Source of the DNA: Candidatus Eiseniibacteriota bacterium
GTDB lineage: Bacteria > Eisenbacteria > RBG-16-71-46
Reading direction: 5' to 3'
Assembly: GCA_031370785.1 (NCBI GenBank)
Contig: JANMQY010000107.1
Span: forward strand, 9,217 to 73,216
DNA length: 64,000 nt
Positions 57,800-64,000 of the stretch are shown one piece after another. How positions within the stretch are numbered: position 1 is the first letter of the stretch; each line of letters opens with the position of its first letter. The position numbers and the translations under genes are program-made. The notes beneath the pieces were generated by a model. That model saw nothing but the letters and a program-made list of their open reading frames with translations, was not told the DNA's origin and did not search any database.

Positions 57800-58084
57800 A
57801 TGGCCAGAATATTCGAGATGGACCCGAATCGGATGCGGGATCTTCCCGACGAGACCGGTGGCGAAGACGAAGAGGACGAGACCACGTTCGAGATCGTCGA
57901 GATTGAGGAAGACGAAGAGCTGGATCTCGACGACGACGAGGATGACGAGACCATCGACACGGTCGACTGGGTTTCCAATCGAAATCGCAGCCGCGGTCGC
58001 TGGGACCTCGAAATGGCTCCGCCGGAAGATTTCGGCCGCCGCTTCATTCTGCCGACCGACGAAGAGTACGACGAAGCTTCCTGA
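57800..58084 (+). CDS. Small, highly acidic hypothetical protein
   Basis: RBS GGGAG; about 37 of 94 residues are Asp/Glu by hand count. Confidence 0.7.
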   Translation: MARIFEMDPNRMRDLPDETGGEDEEDETTFEIVEIEEDEELDLDDDEDDETIDTVDWVSNRNRSRGRWDLEMAPPEDFGRRFILPTDEEYDEAS

Positions 58085-58089
58085 CCTTC

Positions 58090-58824
58090 ATGAGCATGGA
58101 GGACCGCGATCGCCGCGACGCGGATAGGCCGAAGTCGAGCGAGATCCAGAAGCTGGGCGCCGAGGTGTTCGGGACGTTTTTCCTGGCCTTCGTCGAGACC
58201 GGCGGTGCGATGCTCGCCGCATTCGCCCCAGACGTCGTCACCCCGGTTGCGCGTGCCGCCGCTGCCGGACTGCTGGTGATGGCAATGATCTACACGATCG
58301 GCGAGACCTCAGGCGCCCACATGAACCCGGCCGCGACCTTTGCCTTCGCGATGCGCGGGGTGTTCCCGTGGAGACGAGTCCCCCTCTACTGGATCGCACA
58401 GTTCACGGGTGCGGTGCTGGCTGCGCTGACGCTGCAGACGATGTTGGGCAGGCTCGAGCACCTGGGGCTGCCTCACGGGCCGGACGGGCTGGCGCTGGTC
58501 ATGGTGATCCTGCTCACCGCCCTGCTCATGTCCGTGGTGCTCGGGACCGCGACCCACCACTCGGTGATCGGGGCGAACGCCGCTCTCGGGGTTGGCGGCA
58601 CGGTCGCCCTGTGCGCGCTGTTCGCGCAGCCGATCAGCGGCGCCTCGGTGAACCCGGCGCGCGCGCTCGCTTCCGCAATGGTCGGGAGCACCATGCCCCC
58701 CGCCTGGATCTACCTGGCCGGCCCACTGGCAGGGGCAGCAATCGCGGTCGGGATCGCCTTCCTCCTGCACGGGGGAACGAACGCGGCGGAGCGCAAGGCT
58801 GCGACGGGTGACGGCAATGCCTGA
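58090..58824 (+). CDS. MIP/aquaporin family channel
   Basis: AEVFGTF, SGAHMNPA, SGASVNPAR, WIY..GP. Confidence 0.93.
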   Translation: MSMEDRDRRDADRPKSSEIQKLGAEVFGTFFLAFVETGGAMLAAFAPDVVTPVARAAAAGLLVMAMIYTIGETSGAHMNPAATFAFAMRGVFPWRRVPLYWIAQFTGAVLAALTLQTMLGRLEHLGLPHGPDGLALVMVILLTALLMSVVLGTATHHSVIGANAALGVGGTVALCALFAQPISGASVNPARALASAMVGSTMPPAWIYLAGPLAGAAIAVGIAFLLHGGTNAAERKAATGDGNA

Positions 58825-58983
58825 CAGGACCGATGGGTATTCTCGATCGAGATTGAACTCATTCGAGGCAGTTGGTTGATAATGATGGGTGGCAATTCTG
58901 CACCTCCGGTGCAGGCCGCACGAGGGCTGGGAACTTTTCAGGGGAACGGGATTCGGCGTTCGGCCGTTCTGAGGAGATCTGCA

Positions 58984-61480
58984 ATGAGAAGCAACGTTCC
59001 GGGCATCACCCATTTGCCATCCTGGATCGATGATGAATCGCAATTCCGCTCTCTCCTCGAACGACTTCCGGTCAGCTCGTACACCTGTGATGCCGAAGGA
59101 CTCATCACCTATTTCAATCAGGCCGCTGTCAGGCTGTGGGGTCGTGAGCCGAAGCTGAACGATCCCGTGGATCGATTCTGCGGTTCCTTCAAGCTATTCG
59201 CTCCCGACGGAACGCCGATCAAGCATGACCGATGCTGGATGGCGCTGGCCGTACTTCAGGATGCAGAATTCAACGGACACGAGATCGTCGTCGAGCGTCC
59301 CGACGGTGTGCGCGTGACTGCGCTCGCGCATGCGAGTCCAATTCACGACGAGTTCGGAAAGGTGATCGGCGGCGTGAATGTGCTGGTGGACATCAGCGAT
59401 CGAAAGAGCAGCGAAAAGGCCACGGCGGTTCTCGCTGCCATCGTGGGCTCTTCGGACGACGCGATCATCAGCAAGTCGCTCGACGGCACCATTACGTCGT
59501 GGAATGCCGGGGCCGAGCGCATCTTCGGCTACACGGCAGAAGAAGCGATCGGCCAGTCGATCACGATGATCGTTCCTGCCGAGCGGCTCGATGAGGAGCG
59601 CGACATCCTCGCGCGACTGCGCCGCGGGGAACGGGTCGATCACTACGAGACCCAGCGCGTCTCGAAGGACGGTCGCCTTCTCGAGATCTCGCTCACCACC
59701 TCACCGGTCCACGACACCGCCGGCAACATCATTGGCGCCTCCAAGGTGGCGCGCGACATCACCGAGCGGAAGGAGTCGCAGAAGGCCCTTGTCTCATTGA
59801 AAGACGAGCTTGCCGCGCAGCTCGAGGACGTCCGGCGCCTGCAGGAGATGAGCGTCCGGCTGTTCACCACCCGCGACCTGGAGCCCATTCTTCACGAAGT
59901 CCTGCGCACCGCGCTCGCGGTCGAAGGCACGGACATCGGAGATGCTGTCCCTTTGGGATCCGGAGAAGGGCTACCTGACCGTAGGGGCCAGCGTCGGACT
60001 GACGGAGGAGTTCCTCGAAGCCTCGAAGTGCATCCCCCCCGGCGTTGCGGCATGCGGCACATGCTTTTAGAATCGCCGGCGCACAATCGTCGAGGATTCC
60101 GAGACCGATCCCATCTTCGATTCGTTCCGGGACATCGCACGCCGAGCCGGCGTTCGGGCAGTTCACAGCACGCCTTTGATGACTCGCGATGGAACGATCG
60201 TCGGCGTGCTGAGCACCCAGTTCCGAACCGTGCATCGGCCGTCCCCGCGCGAGCTGCATCTGGTGGACCTGTGCGCGCGCCAGGCGGTGGACTTCATCGA
60301 GAACGCGCGACTCTATTCCCAGCTGGCTGCCGCGGACCGGTCCAAGAACGAATTCCTCGCGGTCCTGGCCCATGAGCTCAGAAACCCGCTGGCGCCGATT
60401 CGCAACGCCACTGAGATCCTGCAGCTCGCGCACCCACCGACGCCCGAATCGAAGACGGCTCTCGAAATCATCGAGCGTCAGATGGGACAGATGACGCGCC
60501 TGATCGATGACCTGCTCGACATCGCGCGCATCACCGGCAACAAGCTCGAGCTGCGGCGGCAGCCGATCGAGATCGCGGAGATCCTGCGGGTGGCGGTCGA
60601 GACTTCCCGCCCGCTGATCGATGGCCGGGGTCAGGAGCTGGTCGTGAGCGGGCCAACGGAGCGGGTCATCGTCGACGGCGATCTGACCCGTCTGGCCCAG
60701 GTGGTCTCCAATCTGCTCAACAGCGCTTCCAAGTTCACCCCGGCCGGCGGTCGCATCGAGCTGAGCGCGAGCCGGCAGGCAAGCGATGTGGTCTTCAAGG
60801 TCAAGGACAGCGGTGTCGGAATCACGTGCAGCGCCCTGCCTCATATCTTCGACATGTTTGCTCAGGGCGATCACGGCACGGAGCGGGCTCAGGGTCTGGG
60901 CATTGGGCTCACCCTGGTCAGGCGCCTGACCGAGATGCATGGCGGCAGCGTGCGTGCCTCCAGCCAAGGGCCCGGCAAGGGCAGCGAGTTCGAGGTCCGG
61001 GTCCCGATGCTCATCGAGCAGTTCGCCGAGGGCTCCGATGCGGCGCGCGATCGCCATCGCGTGGCTCCATCGTCGCTCAGGATCCTGGTCGTCGACGACA
61101 ACCGGGACTCCGCGACGACCTTGCAGATGCTGTTGCGCCTCACCGGCAATGACGCTCGCACCGCGTACGACGGAATCACGGCGGTGGCCGAGGCCGAGGA
61201 ATTTCGCCCGGATGTCATGCTGCTCGACATTGGTCTGCCGGGGATGACCGGTCATGACGTCGCCCGGCAGCTGCGACAGCAGCCCTGGGGCGCAAACATG
61301 GTCCTGATCGCGATGACCGGCTGGAGCATGGATGAGGACCGGGAGCGCTCGGAACAGGCCGGGTTCGATCATCATCTGGTGAAGCCGGTGGAGCCCGACG
61401 CGCTGATGCGATTGCTCGTATCACTGAGCAACCCGCCTCGAGCCGCGCGCCAGGTGCGCGCCGCACTCGCTCGCGATTGA
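58984..61480 (+). pseudogene. Disrupted hybrid sensor kinase PAS-PAS-GAF-HisKA-HATPase-REC
   Basis: +1 frameshift near 59941 and in-frame TAG at 60068-60070, both inside the GAF domain; the downstream part has AHELRNPL, GLGIGL and LLDIGLP. Confidence 0.85.
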
Positions 61481-61538
61481 GGCGGGCCCGCACCCGTCCT
61501 CGATCCTGCGCCCCGTGCAAGGCGCGCCGCATCACTCG

Positions 61539-62195
61539 CTAGTGGCGCGACCCCTTGTCGGCCAGCGCGGCGGCGATCGCCGTTTCGAGCTCCCGATAGC
61601 GACTCGCGCACTGCGCGTGGCGCGCATCGTTTCCGGGATGGTACTCGCCGCCACCCTGGACCCATCGCACGATTCCCTCGCGATCGATCAGGAACGAGAT
61701 CGAAGTCCAGCTCCGCTCGGGATGGCCGTCGAGCCAGTAGCGTTCGAGCGTGGACCAGCGCTCATCCACCGCGATTGGCCCGGAGAATCTGAGCCGGTTC
61801 GCCACCGCGAGAACGTGACGATCGCTCACCGGGCGCGGCGGCTTGGGATGGAACACGCCGATCACGACCAGCCCATTCTCCGCATCGCGGCCACTCACCT
61901 TCTCGAGCGCGGGCAGGGTCGCTGCGCAGTAGGGACACTCGTCGGTCCACCATCTGAGCAGCACCACCTTGCCGCGCAGGCTTGCGAGTGAGCGCGGGGA
62001 GCCGCGAGTCCATCGATCGAAGCTCCATTCGGGCGCCGGCCGGCCGATCCAATCGGCGCCCGCGTCCGATTCGGCGCTGAGCACCGGAAGCGTGTCGTGC
62101 CGGTGCGGTCGCAGATCGGACGCGCTCGAATCGATGGCCGGCGCGAACGCGCACAACGCGAATAGCGCGCCGAGGACCGCAGAATTGAGTCGCAT
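61539..62195 (-). CDS. Secreted TlpA/redoxin family thiol-disulfide oxidoreductase
   Basis: Signal peptide; G.PAP, SLRGKVVLL.WW...CPYC, FLIDREGIVR. Confidence 0.88.
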   Translation of the reverse strand: MRLNSAVLGALFALCAFAPAIDSSASDLRPHRHDTLPVLSAESDAGADWIGRPAPEWSFDRWTRGSPRSLASLRGKVVLLRWWTDECPYCAATLPALEKVSGRDAENGLVVIGVFHPKPPRPVSDRHVLAVANRLRFSGPIAVDERWSTLERYWLDGHPERSWTSISFLIDREGIVRWVQGGGEYHPGNDARHAQCASRYRELETAIAAALADKGSRH

Positions 62196-62288
62196 GGGGA
62201 TCGAGCCTAGGATGCTTCGCACGACTCGGGCAAGCCGAGGTGCGCCGCCAGGCCACAATTCGCACGCATGTGACTGGCGAAGATGCGC

Positions 62289-62316
62289 TTCAGGGGGACG
62301 GTGTGAATGCCGATTC
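62289..62316 (+). promoter_or_regulatory. Putative sigma28-type promoter for rlpA
   Basis: TTCAG-N15-GCCGATTC, 7 nt before ATG 62324. Confidence 0.55.
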
Positions 62317-62323
62317 CATCTGC

Positions 62324-62716
62324 ATGACCATGCGACCTGCCTCATTCGTGATCGTGCTCTCGGCCCTGATCTTTGCGGGCAGCTGCGCCACCGCGGGTGG
62401 GCGCGCGGGCGTCGCCGTGCGCGAGGTCGAAGTGGGCACCGCCTCGTACTACGCGCACAAGCATGACGGACGCGCAACGGCGAGCGGCTCGACCTACGAC
62501 GAGACCCGCCTCACTGCCGCACATCGCACGCTGCCGTTCGGCGCGCGGGTGCGCGTCACCAACCTCGAGAACGACCGCAACGTCGTGGTCACGATCACCG
62601 ACCGCGGTCCATTCGCGCGCGGGCGGATCATCGACGTCTCGCGTCGGGCCGCTCGCAAGCTCGGGCTTCTCCGTGCCGGCATCGCGCGGGTACGGCTCGA
62701 GGTCCTGAGCCTCTAG
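62324..62716 (+). CDS. rlpA: RlpA family septal-ring lytic transglycosylase lipoprotein (DPBB domain only)
   Basis: Lipobox-like FAGSC; GTASYY, TASG..YD...LTAAHRTLPFG, VRVTNL, DRGPF, RIIDVS; the start could be 62330. Confidence 0.92.
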   Translation: MTMRPASFVIVLSALIFAGSCATAGGRAGVAVREVEVGTASYYAHKHDGRATASGSTYDETRLTAAHRTLPFGARVRVTNLENDRNVVVTITDRGPFARGRIIDVSRRAARKLGLLRAGIARVRLEVLSL

Positions 62717-62935
62717 CGTTCCGCTTGCGGTTCTCGCGCTCGAAGCCCCGCCCTCCCGGAATGCGACGCGCGGTTCCCACTCGGCCTCGCGCTTTTCACG
62801 ACCCTCACATTTGAAGAATTCGCGCTCGTTTGAACAATCTGCCCGGCCGTCACTTCCCTCGCGCCACCCCGCGCTGGGCGCTAGCACATTTCTCGATCGT
62901 ACTCTGCGCCGGTCGCGGACCTGAGCCTGGGGGTC

Positions 62936-62950
62936 TGGCATGGATTTGGC
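62936..62950 (+). promoter_or_regulatory. Possible sigma54 (-24/-12) promoter
   Basis: TGGCATGGATTTGGC keeps GG-N10-GC but deviates from TTGC; about 160 nt upstream of the last gene. Confidence 0.3.
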
Positions 62951-63109
62951 GATGCGGCACGACCCGGGCACGCTCGTACCGGCGCTGCCCGCCACGGGCG
63001 CGCCTGCACTGGCGTTGTCCGGGCATGTGCGCGCGCAGACGCGCGCCTCGTCCCTCCGACCGGAATTGATCGCACACGGCCGAGGATCTCATTCATGAAA
63101 GGACAGACC

Positions 63110-63895
63110 ATGAATGCTCATTCGAAGCTGCACGCATGGCTGCCGACGCTGGCCCTCGCGCTCGCTGCGGCAACCGCTGCTCCTGCGGCTCAGGCTCAGA
63201 ACGGCACGTACGTTCGCGGCGAATACTGGGTCCCGTCGCCGCCACGCGTCGAGTTCCAGTACCGTCCGCAGTGGATCACGGTGACGCGCAACAACGTGCT
63301 CATGGTTCGTGCAAGCGAGCGTCCGTACTACGACATGTTCAGCTACGGCTCGAAATATTACATCTACAACGATGGGTACTGGTATCGCTCCAATCGCTGG
63401 GATGGTTCGTACGTCGCGATCGACGCGCGCGATGTGCCGGGCGCCCTTCACGAAGTGCCCGAAGCCGAGTGGCGCAGTTATCCGTCCGGCTGGGCCTACT
63501 ACGACAACGGCAACAACAAGAATCGCGACTACCAGGACAGCGGCTATTACGACGTCACCAGCGCGCCCGATCCTCCGGAGGTCTACTTCAGTCGCAATCC
63601 GCGCTGGGTCAAGGTGCCCGGCACCCGGGTGCTGGTCCTGAGTCAGCGCGATCGTCAGGACTACGACATCTTCCGTTACGGCTCGTCGTACTACATCTAC
63701 GACAACGGTTACTGGTACCGTTCGAATCGACTGAACGGAACGTTCGTCGCGATCGATGCGCGCGCCGTCCCCTCCGTGTTCCAGCAGGTGCCGGCCAGCC
63801 AGTGGCGGAGCTACCCGCAGAGCTGGCGGACGACCCGGACCTACAACAGCAACTATTACCGGCAGAAGCAGGTCGTTCGCTCCCGCAATCGGTAG
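63110..63895 (+). CDS. Secreted Tyr/Trp-rich protein with two tandem 87-aa repeats
   Basis: RBS AAAGGA; signal peptide ending AQA; repeats at 63233-63493 and 63566-63826 share YD.F.YG..YYIY..GYWYRSNR..G..VAIDAR.VP.....VP...WRSYP..W. Confidence 0.88.
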   Translation: MNAHSKLHAWLPTLALALAAATAAPAAQAQNGTYVRGEYWVPSPPRVEFQYRPQWITVTRNNVLMVRASERPYYDMFSYGSKYYIYNDGYWYRSNRWDGSYVAIDARDVPGALHEVPEAEWRSYPSGWAYYDNGNNKNRDYQDSGYYDVTSAPDPPEVYFSRNPRWVKVPGTRVLVLSQRDRQDYDIFRYGSSYYIYDNGYWYRSNRLNGTFVAIDARAVPSVFQQVPASQWRSYPQSWRTTRTYNSNYYRQKQVVRSRNR

Positions 63896-64000
63896 CGGGT
63901 ATTCTCCAGTTGCATGCCGTCGCGGGGGGGCGCCCCGAACAGCGCCCGCCGCCCGGCCCCCCCCCCCCAAGCAAGGGGACACCGCGCCCCCCACCCGCCC

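Noticed and set aside
60068..60070. TAG read-through (pyrrolysine or recoding) in the kinase
   Set aside because: A separate frameshift lies just upstream, many genes here end in TAG, and no pyl genes are present in the window
63915..64000. G/C homopolymer-rich tail as a G-quadruplex or regulatory repeat
   Set aside because: At the window end and looks like low-quality or contig-end sequence; cannot be supported

Overview
GC-rich bacterial chromosome segment, roughly two-thirds GC by eye. Secreted proteins ending in FlgD-Ig-like C-terminal domains suggest an FCB-related lineage such as Candidatus Eisenbacteria (inference). The left ~28 kb is housekeeping. It holds a translationally coupled sulfur-relay operon: cysteine synthase, a JAB/Mov34 peptidase and a ubiquitin-like carrier fused through an internal Gly-Gly to a MoeZ-type E1-rhodanese, followed by an M48 protease. 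It also holds a dispersed central-carbon/redox cluster (glk, tkt, pckG, tal, pgi, fumC, sthA, NDH-2, pgl, zwf, gnd). The right part is accessory: four hybrid sensor kinases (one a pseudokinase, one a pseudogene), transporters, tRNA-Cys(GCA) beside a kinase gene remnant, and many secreted or membrane proteins of unknown function. Main observations: (1) a full-length hybrid kinase with His->Glu at the phosphoacceptor, a degenerate G1 box and Asp->Glu in receiver 1, but intact receiver 2 and HPt; (2) five correctly oriented T-N-[AC]-AG-N15-GCCGA promoters of sigma28/FliA-WhiG type in front of non-flagellar genes, including that pseudokinase; (3) the Ubl-E1-rhodanese polyprotein, which should need proteolytic maturation; (4) a stand-alone 14-codon ORF with a 14-nt perfect complement to the 16S 3' end and a strong downstream terminator; (5) a hydrolase gene flanked by 39-nt direct repeats. 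No rRNA, CRISPR array, integrase or complete transposase was seen. Start codons were chosen by eye from RBS and overlap logic. No database searches were run.
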